Shown here: piece after piece, positions 53,445-64,000 of the stretch
Position numbering within the stretch: position 1 is the first letter of the stretch
How the letters are laid out: each line of letters starts with the position of its first letter
Source: Lingula anatina
Taxonomy: Eukaryota > Animalia > Brachiopoda
Direction of reading: 5' to 3'
DNA length: 64,000 bases
NCBI GenBank assembly: GCA_051362555.1
Contig: CM120640.1
Location: 7,626,001-7,690,000 of the forward strand
Translations under genes and position numbers: made by a program
Notes under the pieces: generated by a model
Databases searched by the model: none
The model's input: the letters and a program-made list of their open reading frames with translations, nothing else
What the model was told of the DNA's origin: nothing

Positions 53445-55036
53445 TTAGCTGTACCTACGTTTGTATTCATACAGGATTGCACCCCTAACGGAACGAAAAA
53501 ATTTGGACATTCCCCACTCATTCAGGTGTGTTCCATCAAAGGTAAGCATGCGCAGTCCATTGGTAGAGGCCCCTATATGTTTCCAGTAACGGGCAGATCC
53601 TGAAAGCTTGTGCTTAAGGGTGGCATTGATGACATCAATTTGGCAATTGAATTGTTCTTCTTGTTTCAACGTTGTGATATGCCCGGTCTTGTATCTGCGT
53701 CTGTGAAAAAGTTGACCCCACAGAATCCTCAGGCTAGGGTTTATTGCTTGGCATCTGTGGATGAAGCGCAGGATGTCATCAACTATGTGTTGTGGGTCAT
53801 TCTGGAGATTTACATCGTTTTCCCCGAGTTGGACATACAAGATGTGACATTGGATCAGGTAATAAGAGAGGAAAGATGTGTGTTGGTTGAGTTCCCGGAG
53901 GTATCCAGTGACTGTTGCTCCCCCTTTAGAGTGAAAGTGTGTGTCTATGTCCAGGCCTAAGGAGTGGTCTGTTGTAAGGGCCTCCAGTCGCTTAAAGACA
54001 GTCTCAGCGCGTTAAACCCTTAAAATAGCACGAAAATGAATTTTCCTGGAAAACTCACCAATTTCCCAATAATGACCAAGGTATATCCTATCCAAAACCG
54101 TTCAGAAAATGAAGCTACCTAATACCGTTTTTAAGTTCCATTAAATAATAAAAGACGACTCGTCTTAAATACTCGGCTACCACCTCACAGTACGGCTTCA
54201 GAACGCGCAATTTCTCGCTAAGTCTCGCGGTTTACTATGAATGAAGTACTACGGCTGAGACCCGGATGTTACTATTTGGCGCCAAAACAGCAAACATGGC
54301 TCAGACGCGCGTCAAGTCTGAACAGGAGAGCGACAAAAGGGGGCGAAAGAAAATAGCCACTCCAGTTCGAAAGATACGAAAGAAAATTAGAGACAGACGA
54401 AGAAGCACTCAGACTGTGTATGTTGGGAGGGAGGTGGGGCGGTGGAGGACACTTAAAGCTGAGTTAGGACTCACATACGAGGCAATGGCGAAACTACTCC
54501 TCGACACGTGAGTATGCGCTTCACAGGTCTCAAGTGTGTCTGATTATCATATTATCCTGTTCACAATAAATGACAATATTTGTGCTCATACAAAGTTGGT
54601 TACGTGTATAAGAGCGTTTTGGGCTTTACGTTTTCTGTTTTTGATCGGTACATGTACCGAAAAGATGGACAGGCGGCACTTACATGTCTGACAAGTTTCG
54701 CTGTGTAGTCGTGACGTCTATCGCATTCTGACTGAAGCCTGCTGTGATTGGTCGTAAGCGTGGGAAAATCGAGGTCGTGACCTTGAGCCGGAAGTACTTC
54801 TGGCTGTGCTCCGAAATCATGATAAATAGTTTTCGTTTTCTAATTCTTTATTCTAGTTGTCTTAACAGGACTTTTGTGACCCAGACTTATTCATATAATA
54901 ATAAACAATCTCCCAAAACACAAATCTGATCAAAGTTTTACATAGAACCTGCTTCTATACATTAATCTAACCCACTGAGTTGTCCTTTAATGAAGCTGTG
55001 GCCCAGTATGAGGACGCGGTGTTTTTCAGCCTCCAT
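53445..55036 (-). pseudogene. SGNH/GDSL hydrolase ORF interrupted by an insertion (join 55036-54987 with 53991-53445)
   Basis: Removing the insert and one TTAA gives an uninterrupted ORF: MEAEKHRVLILGHSFIKRLE..SKGGAT..VQLGENDV..FDGTHLN (SGNH blocks I, II, III, V). Confidence 0.85.
53996..54986 (+). mobile_element. Kolobok-like non-autonomous DNA transposon
   Basis: TTAA TSD (53992-53995 and 54987-54990), AG...CT ends with imperfect TIRs; internal exon-like ORF MAQTRVK..RDRRRSTQTVYVGREVGRWRTLKAELGLTYEAMAKLLLD followed by gtgagt. Confidence 0.75.
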
Positions 55037-55157
55037 ATCCTGTAATATAGTATGTGCATTAAGAGAAAATGTGGTCCCTATACCACAAGTCGAGGCATGG
55101 TAATTTTGTATTGTGTACTGTATATATTGCATATTCAAAGTTGTGTTTATAAGTATT

Positions 55158-55195
<38 letters not shown>

Positions 55196-55384
55196 GAAAA
55201 TTTTTGTAGTAGTGTATCCTTGGCTTTTTGTCAACTGGAAAATTATTTTCCAGTTATGATTGTTGTTTAATTATTTATTTCTTAGTAATAATAATTATTC
55301 TTATCAATTATTAATATATATATATATATATATATATATTTTTTATTTTATTAATTTTTTTTTTGTGGCTTTTTGTGTGGCTTT

Positions 55385-55475
55385 GTTAGCCACAAAGGCA
55401 AAGGGCCTTCATTTGTCCCTTTTTTAATTGAATAGCATGGCTTTATTTGCCACCAGGGAAAGGGACTTTATTTGC

Positions 55476-55511
<36 letters not shown>

Positions 55512-55764
55512 TGGGTTTATTTGCCACAAGGGGAAGAGACTTTATTTGTCCCTTTTTAATTGAATAGCATGGCTTTATTTGCCACCAGGGAAAGGGACTT
55601 TATTTGCCTTTTTTTTTTTTTTTATAATATATAAAGGCAAACGGACTTTATTTGTCCCTTTATACTTGAATAGCATGGCTTTATTTGCCACAAGGGAAAG
55701 GGACTTTATTTGTTATACACTTATTTATTTATTTTATTTTAATTTTATTAACTTATTTATTTCA

Positions 55765-55810
<46 letters not shown>

Positions 55811-55870
55811 TTATTTTATTTTTTATTTTATTTTTTTTTTAGAGAAGGGGACTTTATTTCTTTTTATTTC
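55385..55870. repeat. Short tandem units (gccac..gggaaagggactttattt..gaatagcatggc) with T-runs and (TTA)n in the 5' region of the YR element
   Basis: About 6 imperfect units visible. Confidence 0.75.
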
Positions 55871-56779
55871 TTTTATGTTATTATTATTATTTTATTTTAT
55901 TTTATTTATTTATATATTTATTTATTTTCTGTAAAAGGGGGGGGGGCTTTTATTGGTCCCTTGTGTGTCAAGAGAGAGTAAAATGGTATGATTTGTTTTG
56001 TGTTAGAGTTCCGTGCAAGAGGTTGTGAAGACCCGTCGGGACGGATTAATGCATGGTTGTAAGATGCGGATTGCGTAACACCAGATGTAAGCGAGGAGTT
56101 GAATGATGGCGTATGCCTGGGTCTGTCAGCGGGAATTAACTTTAAGCTGTGTATCCCGTTATTCCGTGCAAGAGTTAGCTGTACCATTACGTGAGAAAAG
56201 GAACCCTGGTTGGCAACGTTTTTTAGAGTCATAGCTGTTGGTATTTTGTGCTTTCTAGATCGTTGGATTCACTCTGGTTTGTAGCGAGTTAGTGCTAACA
56301 GAAGTGGATGGACATTCCTGGGCTTGGTGTGGAAAACGCAGCGTTGAAAAGAGGTGCGTTAATAACTTCACACCAGTCCTAATTTATGATATCCTGATTT
56401 TGAACAATAATAAACTTGTTTGTAAACAAATTTTAAGATTTCTTACCTTAACTTTGTCTATTGTTTTCTACTTCTCTTTTCTTTGTGAACTTCACGTGCA
56501 GGCTCCACGGAAACTGGGAATATTCTGCCTAGGGTTCTTCTTCTGTGTTTATGTTACGTGACATGAGCCAACGTTGCCATTGGCCGGAAAGTCAGATTGA
56601 TTGACATGAACTGGTGCTGGACTTGTACTCACCCGTATTGTGTCATCTTCTCGGTCTCTGGTGCCAGTAGGGCGGCTGTACATCTGCTGCATTTTCTCTT
56701 GCGCGCTAGTTAATGGACGACCCCCGCATACGTTGGATTATAAACTAATTTATCCCATGCAAACGATAAATTTGTTTTT

Positions 56780-57065
56780 GGAAGACAAGTTTGTCGACAA
56801 TAACCTTGCGCGCGTTATACGTCACAGGTCTTGCGTAACTACCCACGTGCTACGATTTTTCCCTTGGGGGGGCAGCAAGCCGACATTTTGTACAGGAGCA
56901 ATGCAAAGATGGGTGAAAACGATACGTTGTTTTTAACCGAAAACGATGTCCCCGGGGCGAAACTGCCAACACCAAAAGTAAAGAAGCATACCAACGTTGT
57001 TTTGAAACGATGTGGTTAGCCTGTCAGTGGCGAGTTGGGGAGAAAAGAGCAGCACTGATAGCAAG
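56780..57065 (+). pseudogene. Degenerate SAP-domain-like exon; its N-terminus lies at 44354-44391 on the other side of the YR element
   Basis: LTENDVPGAKLP..HTNVVLKR..EKRAALIAR then a gt donor, frameshifted; rejoining the flanks gives MAAPSEVVSEAILEDKFV. Confidence 0.55.
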
Positions 57066-58429
57066 GTACTGTGTACACGTGAACCGGCAAAGTTAATGAT
57101 AATTTCATGTTGCAAAAGCATAATTAAATCAGTTAGTTATTTTCCAAACGATATTATTTGAAAAGCAGATACATAGATCAAACTAACAACAATAAAAAGT
57201 TTTGATGACATTGAAAATCAAAACCTGCGGTGCACGATAGGTTGAGGAGGACACTGCCACAGCAAGAAAACCTGCAAATACTTTACTCAGTTAGAAGGCC
57301 AGATGTTCATTACGAATCGCCCATTCTGCTATTTTGTTGTGTTTACATTCAAAGATCTGTTTGTGGGGTTGATTCATTCTGACACAGTGACACTGGATAT
57401 TTTTCTACATGTATTTTGCCGAGGATAACTTTTTTTAATGAAAAACACTATAGGAAGTACGTGTCAGCTAGTTTATAGAAAGTACCCCTGTATGAGATGG
57501 TTTTAGCTGCAATCACAATTTTGAAGTGCCATTTAAAAAAAAATGTTTTAACTAAAATGAAATAATTTGGTGGTGCTATATTCTTTACAAAAAGTACTTA
57601 TGTGTTTATGCTGTTTTTAATAATATTTAACTGTAATGAAAAAAAAAACTATGATGCTATTTTGTAAAGTATTTTTAGTGGGATGAAATAATTTGATAGT
57701 TGTATTTACAGCAAATAATTTGGTTTTTCTGCTTTTAAAAGAATTTTCAAAGTGCTGACATAATGTGGTGGTTCTATTCAAGTAAAATAATTCATAAGTA
57801 CTATTTTGTAAAGAGGAACAAAAAAACTGTTCATTTGTAAAATGTTTGCTTTCTTTAATCTTTATTTCTTAAACTGTTACAAAAAGTTTTCCATACCTAC
57901 AGTAATCCATTGGCTGAGAAATTGCAGCTATATAATCAGGAAAGTTATAGCACAAATAAATTATTTAAGTATTACATGGTTTCATGGTTTTTACTATGGA
58001 CTGAATAATTATTTTGTTTAAATAAAACATTTGGTTTTGCTGCTTTTTAATGAATTTTCAGAGCGATGAAATAATATGGTGTTTCTACTCAAGTAAAACA
58101 ATTCAGAAGTGCTATTTTGTAAAAAAAGAATAAAAACTGTTCATTTATAAAATGTTTTCTTTCTTTAAATTTTATTTCTTAAACTGTTACAAAAAGATTT
58201 CCAAACATGCATTATTCCATTGGCTGAGGAATTGCATCTATACATGTACAAATAAATTATCTAACTATACCTAGTTTTATGACTCTTACGATGTACTGAA
58301 TAATTTTTTTTAATAAAAATAATTATTTAATTAACATTACCGGTCATGCTCAATACATCAATAAAAAAAGGATATTACTTAATAACACAACCTTACATGT
58401 ATGCGGGTAGTAGGCTACCGGCACTTATG

Positions 58430-58774
58430 TATATTTACTGACAACTCTTCTGAAATTACGGACATAAGAAAACGCACTTTGATAAATCATACCTCCTAGG
58501 GGCACTTTCTTGCTATGGAGCTCTCTTTCCAAAACTTTATAAGTTTTTCCAAGATCAATTAACCTTTCTACATGTACGTGTATTCTTTTTGAGGCAACTC
58601 GTCTATCTTTAGGGGCCTAATTACTGTGCCTGGGTCAAGTTGTAACTGTCCTTTTAACATGGAAGGTGTGTTGACATGGGCAACCCTTCACTTCAAACGA
58701 AGCCCTGAATCCTCAGGAAAATTATGCCCACCTTGCCGACTTTGACATTCAGATACACAACAATACTGAGGCAT
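58430..58774 (-). mobile_element. Internally deleted THAP plus DDE_Tnp_4 transposase remnant (KolobokP/Harbinger-like)
   Basis: MPQYCCVSECQSRQGGHNFPEDSGLRLK*RVA (THAP) is joined to PSMLKGQLQL..KDRRVASKRIHVHVERLIDLGKTYKVL..NFRR (transposase C-terminus). Confidence 0.75.
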
Positions 58775-60106
58775 GTTTATTAAGGCCAGTGCCACAGTCC
58801 AACGTATATGATATCCAACATGGCGACTGTGGAAGGACTGAATTCATACTAGCGACACCTGGCGCCAAGCGGGCTGGTATACCTCATTTTGTTACATAAC
58901 ACCATATGCTTGTGCCGTTGTTAACTCTGTGGTATTATTACTGCTCAAATTAATACCTGATACTATTTCTCAGGCTACCAAGTACAAATCAACTTATTTT
59001 GTGGCAATTGACCTCCATGTTCCATCATGTGTGCAGGTTGTTTATTATTATTATTTGTTCAAGCACATTTTGATAAAGTGGCTATGCTTTAACAAGAGAA
59101 AGTCAAAATTTATGCTGAAGTTTAAAAGATTAAATCATCAGTAGTATATACAATTCAAGCTATTTGATTATGCATATTTGATTTTCAGTTATCTTGATTA
59201 TGATACGTGGTTGCTGCCTTTTTCTTTTGCCCTCAAATCAATATATAACAAGTAAATTGATAGTGCTTTATTACAATTTTGGCTTTATACTTTCAGATGT
59301 AAAAAATGTGTAGCTGTTGGTAAAGTTGTAGAGATTGATGTGAGCATAGATCAGGGGAAATGGTATTAGAGAAACTAGGAGGACAAGACATAGATAATGT
59401 ACTAGTAGATCCATCATCACAGCAAGGGTACATGTAGATGGTGTGATTTTGTCCCTGAAGCTGTGCCTCAAGTTTTCAACTGGTTGAGTCCTTACTAAGA
59501 CAAGCTGCTGCGGTGTGAATTACAATATGTGCATTCAGGTTATACGTGGCAGATTTATGACAAAAGAGACCTTCACAATATACTTCAAAGTTATTCTTGC
59601 ATCTATGCCTCATCAAAAGTACACGGTTAAAGTGACTAGATCATTGTCTGCAAATAGTGAGGCATTGAAGGCTGCAAGATGCCATTGTTTTTCAGTATTA
59701 AGACTGACAGTATCTGTTTTTATTTATTTTTTATTCATTTTTAATGGGAGGGAGATTCACTTTGTTCTTTCTATGCCCATTCAGTTTAGGGTTGGTGGCA
59801 ATATATGGTAAATCTGTCATGCCTGTGTGTACTGTAGAATTTCTTTTGCTCAAATTTCTACATTTATTAAATGCATTATGAAGTTTCTCGAGTGATTAAT
59901 GAGGTTACTTGTAGAAATATCTTGCCTACACGCATTTTGTGATATTTTTACTGCTTTATACATATGATTATTCACATTTCAACAGTGGTGTGTGAAAGGT
60001 ATTTGCATTTTAGAACTGTAGATCTGTGTGCCAGTAGGGTTATATTGCAGTAATATCTGTTAATGTTTCTAAAAATAAGCTTCATGTTTGATAATTAATT
60101 GGTTTG

Positions 60107-60137
<31 letters not shown>

Positions 60138-61040
60138 CCAAATAAAATTAATTTATTTTATATTTCACATAATCTGTTCTTATTATTTCTTCTAAGCATT
60201 TAATCATAACATCTCCCACCATTATACTGTTATTGTGTAATAACATTGAAAGTTTCCAAGTTTTTATTAACAGGTTGATGCTAACGTATTACAAATAAAT
60301 ATAAGCATCAAAGCATATTTCCTTACTCAAATGTAGCAAACGTACCACTGGCATAATACCGGTAAAGATACAGGTAAAGATGACAGCATTGATAACTGGG
60401 TTTACAGCGCTGTTAGTGAAACATATAGTTAGTGTCAGATTGTTATCTGATAAAGTTTGCTGCTAGTACCTGGGAACAAAAGGTCCGGCACTTGACAATC
60501 AAGTTGATAAAATCACAAAACGCCTGTAGAAATTAGAGCATACCTGCCCAACACTGATTTGTTCAGATTCTTGACTATAGGGGTGCGTTACTGATGACAG
60601 GGGCCAAGACTTGAACTTAGAGGTTTGGCATGTCACTGGACATTCCTCTCGATTTCTGCCCAAATCTAATAAAGCCTCAGTTGCTTAACTTTTGCCAAAT
60701 TTCCAATATCTACAGGTCGTGTTGTTTAATGCTTGGGGTCTTTTCTCTGGCGGCGGTTAATTGGGGACACCTGTGCGGCCTGTCAACGCACCAAGACCCA
60801 CTTTTGTCAGTGCCACATTTTCCATTGCCGTAAATATCAAATTTACGAATAGAATGAAGAATAATGACAGTTATGAAAAATGTTTGGAAGTACCTGTCAC
60901 CTTCGCCGCTGTAACCATATGGGCTTTGCCGCCCCCCCCCCCCCCCCCCCCACCACAGGCGACACCTTGCGGAGCAAGCGTGCGCAATCCAGGATGCAAC
61001 TGAAAATAACCTTGTCGCGCGACCTTATTGGCAGGAGCTT

Positions 61041-62160
61041 GCAGCGGATTATATTTGTAACGACACTATATAGCTAACTGCAGTTGAACCTGTGATTCAT
61101 TCTGCTGAGTCGGACGTTGTGGACCAGCCCAGTGGTTCATTCACTTATTCTTTTCTGAAGATTGGTGATGCAGATTTTGTGTGCTTAATTATTTAACCTC
61201 CTTCTAACAAGAGAAAGGGGAAGGGAAAGAAACAGAGATGTCAAATGAAATGGGTAGAATGAGTACTACAATACATTAAATAAAGGGGCTCGCAGTGAAA
61301 AAAGGTGATGGCCCATAACAGGGGGGATTATTCTTTAGATATAGACTCATTGTTGTATGGTTTATATTTGTAGCCTACTGACTTATATTGTAGGCTACTC
61401 CCGTTTCTTTCTTGGAACTACATGTAGTTCCTTGAATGAAATTTTGCCTGTATAAATTTACTCTGTGACATGAATTAATTAATAGAACACGCCTGTTGAA
61501 AAGGCTTTCCGTAACTAATACAGTTTCACAGGTAAGTTGTTCAGAAAAACACCGGCGCCGTTCGTCGCCGCTACCTTCAGGAAAGCGTATCCTCCGCTTG
61601 GATCACAGGCATTTTTTATCTGACTAATTAGGGCAGATGTCAATTTACGTTTTAGCTGTTAATTCTGAATTTACTAATATTTTGGGCTAAAATCGATGTC
61701 AGATTCAAAGCCATGACGCAAAGCAACCAGAGTGACTGTTCGAATTTCAAAATATTCTATTCCGTTTTCTTCCTTATGTTTTTATTAGGCCTATCATTTG
61801 TTGCGCCACTTGTTGCACACACTGAAGATGTAAGGCAATTATGGTATTATCCATTGTATGATAATCTAAGCTAGCTTCGCATTTAACAGACAAAATTATT
61901 CAGACCTTTCAACACTATCTCAACACTATTTCACACTAGAGAATCTCCCCATTTAGTGACATATCTCCTGATTACCCGATTCAGCATAAACGCCCCCTGA
62001 TTTATCAGACTAGAACGCGTGGCGATAAAATGTGTCGCTAGATCTTGTAAACACTCAGCGAAATGCACCTTATGACTATATTCATTGTGTCGTCACTTAA
62101 TTGCATTATCGGTTTCATGAACTGACGATAGTAATTGCAGTTAAAAAGGTAGAGGAAATC
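61041..62160 (+). repeat. Diverged copy of 45352-46175
   Basis: Shared blocks ccgttcgtcgccgctaccttc and actagaacgcgtggcgataaaatgtgtcgctagatc. Confidence 0.8.
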
Positions 62161-62164
62161 ATAT

Positions 62165-63450
62165 GTGCAACACTGGAAACACATTTCAAGGAAAACCGAT
62201 AGGCCTGTTGTCATGAAACTCACTGAAGTAATCAATCTTACTAAAACGCAGGTCAAGTTAAAAAATCAGCATGATTGGGCCACTATTTTAGTAGTTATGC
62301 TGTTTTTTTTCACTTTTCAGCATATATGCAACACTGTAAACACAGTTTAAGAAAAACAGATAGGCCAATTGACATTAAACTCACAGGAGTGGTCAATCTT
62401 GCTAAAACGCAGGTGGAGTTCGAAAATCAGCATAATTGGGCCATTAGAAGTTATGCTGTTTTTTTCACATTTCCTCAGATTCAATTCTTAGGCATGTTAA
62501 CAGTCTCATTATTGAACTAATAAGAAACGTAAAAGTGTTTGTTTGACATTTCCTGCATCTTTACCACATTGTTAGTTGATTTTGTAAAAATGATAGTAAA
62601 CTTAAGCTTGTTATCATGTATTGTGTAACAAAGTTTCAAAAATGGAAATAAACTCATATCATTCCAGTTTGTCAGATTCAATCATTCACTATGTTCAGAA
62701 TCCCAGAATGGAGGAAATTGGACATTTAACACTGTTGTATTGATATTTTTCCCATCTCATCAATTTTCTTAGTTGATCATATAAAAATGGCAGTAAGCTG
62801 TTAATTTGGTTTTATGTTAAAAATTGTTAAATATGGGAAAAAACATTTCAGAACAGTGCTGTCTTGTTTACAATTTGGCATTTTCAAGGTGTGACTTTGA
62901 AGTTCCATGGGCCTGAAGACCTTTGCTAGTCACATTTTCTGAATACCCATGATACTAATATTTTATTATTAAAAATTGATGTCATTATGCTGTTAAACAT
63001 TATGTAATATTGCATCAAAATTTGAAGAAACCTCTATTTTGGGCACTGCTCCCATGATGACCATTAAAGGAAAACCATGTCACTTACTGTCCTCAAACTT
63101 ACGGGAAAGAAACATGAGTCTAAAATACAGCAAATACAGTAAGCAATGCAGTCTGTTTGGTCAATTTTTTCTGGCAGTTTAACAGTTTTCTTGTGAAAAT
63201 TTAATATTTCACATATTGCATTATTGGCATTTTCAAGGTGTGACTTAGAACCTCCATGGGCTAGAAGACCCATGCTAGTCACATTTTCTGAAAATCCATG
63301 ATACGTATATTTTATCATTAAAAATCGATGGTCATCATGCCATTAAGCATTATATTATATTGCATCAAAATAGAAGAAAACACAATTTTGGGTGCTGCTG
63401 CCATGATGACCATTATGGGAAAACCATTTTACTTATGATTGTCAAATTTT

Positions 63451-63483
<33 letters not shown>

Positions 63484-64000
63484 AACACAGGACTAAAATG
63501 CAGCCCGAGTTGGAAAAGTAGTCTAATTGGCTTCTTTTTCTGAAGTTATACATTTTAGTGAAATATTCATTTTTATCGTGTTGGCATATTCATTGTGGGA
63601 CTCAGAGCTCCCATGGACATGAAGCCGAATGGTAATCAAATTTTCTACATGTCCATGCTATTTATAGCCAATAAAAAATTGATGATAGTTATTCTGTAAT
63701 TTATTATATTATGTAATGTTACATCAACAAAAATGCGCTGCTACTACAAACATTATGAAAAGAAAACTGTGTTACTTATTATTATTTTTAACTTACAAGT
63801 ATGATTTTTAGGATTGGCATGCAGTTCAAATTAGAAAGCCAGCTCAATTGGGTTATCATTTATTATTGAATTTATGCAATTTTGTGTGAAATTTTCATTT
63901 TTCTCATTCTGGCATTTTCAAAGTGTGAACTCTCATGGTCCTGAAGCCTTATGCTTGTTACACATTTTACTTACATTGGTATTACCTGTTGAGAATAAAA
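62165..64000 (-). repeat. Inverted copy of the 40205-41200 composite repeat plus ~300-bp subrepeats
   Basis: 62340-63160 is the reverse complement of ~40215-41060; an older copy lies at ~37680-38500. Confidence 0.8.

Larger units (their letters stand above)
44388..56779 (-). mobile_element. Tyrosine-recombinase retrotransposon (Ngaro/PAT-like) with split direct repeats A1-ORFs-B1-A2-B2
   Basis: A1 56424-56779 matches A2 44613-44968 (356 bp, about 1 mismatch by eye). B1 44969-45109 matches B2 44392-44533. B1 and A2 abut. gag, RT/RH, YR and SGNH ORFs are all on the minus strand. Confidence 0.88.

Noticed and set aside
55579-55981. Poly-Tyr/Ile/Phe ORFs (also 158-358 and most of 25481-25640)
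   Set aside because: Translations of (TTA)n, (TA)n and poly-T microsatellites.
44613-56779. 356-bp direct repeats as classical LTRs
   Set aside because: No TG..CA ends, TSD or DDE integrase; the extra B repeats and the YR gene fit split direct repeats.

Overview
AT-rich, repeat-dense eukaryotic DNA with spliceosomal introns and microsatellites; the TE repertoire suggests an invertebrate animal (inference). The main find is a minus-strand multi-exon gene that the ORF track shows only in part. Nine GT-AG exons (26528->4933) splice in frame into at least 612 aa: two tandem zinc-binding CULT/Yippee-type (cereblon thalidomide-binding-like) domains fused to a C-terminal bacterial-style caspase (peptidase C14) domain with an intact His/Cys dyad. 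The start exon was not resolved. The second major feature is a ~12.4-kb tyrosine-recombinase retrotransposon (Ngaro/PAT-like, 44388-56779) with split direct repeats, gag, RT/RNaseH, YR and a 5' SGNH-hydrolase ORF broken by a TTAA Kolobok-like insertion. It appears to have inserted into a decayed KolobokP-like element. The rest is nested TE debris: Tc1, L2/Crack-like and RTE LINEs, a Gypsy integrase, Harbinger/Academ/CACTA-type MITEs and Helentron-like 161-bp arrays. All domain calls come from motif recognition by eye; no database search was run.
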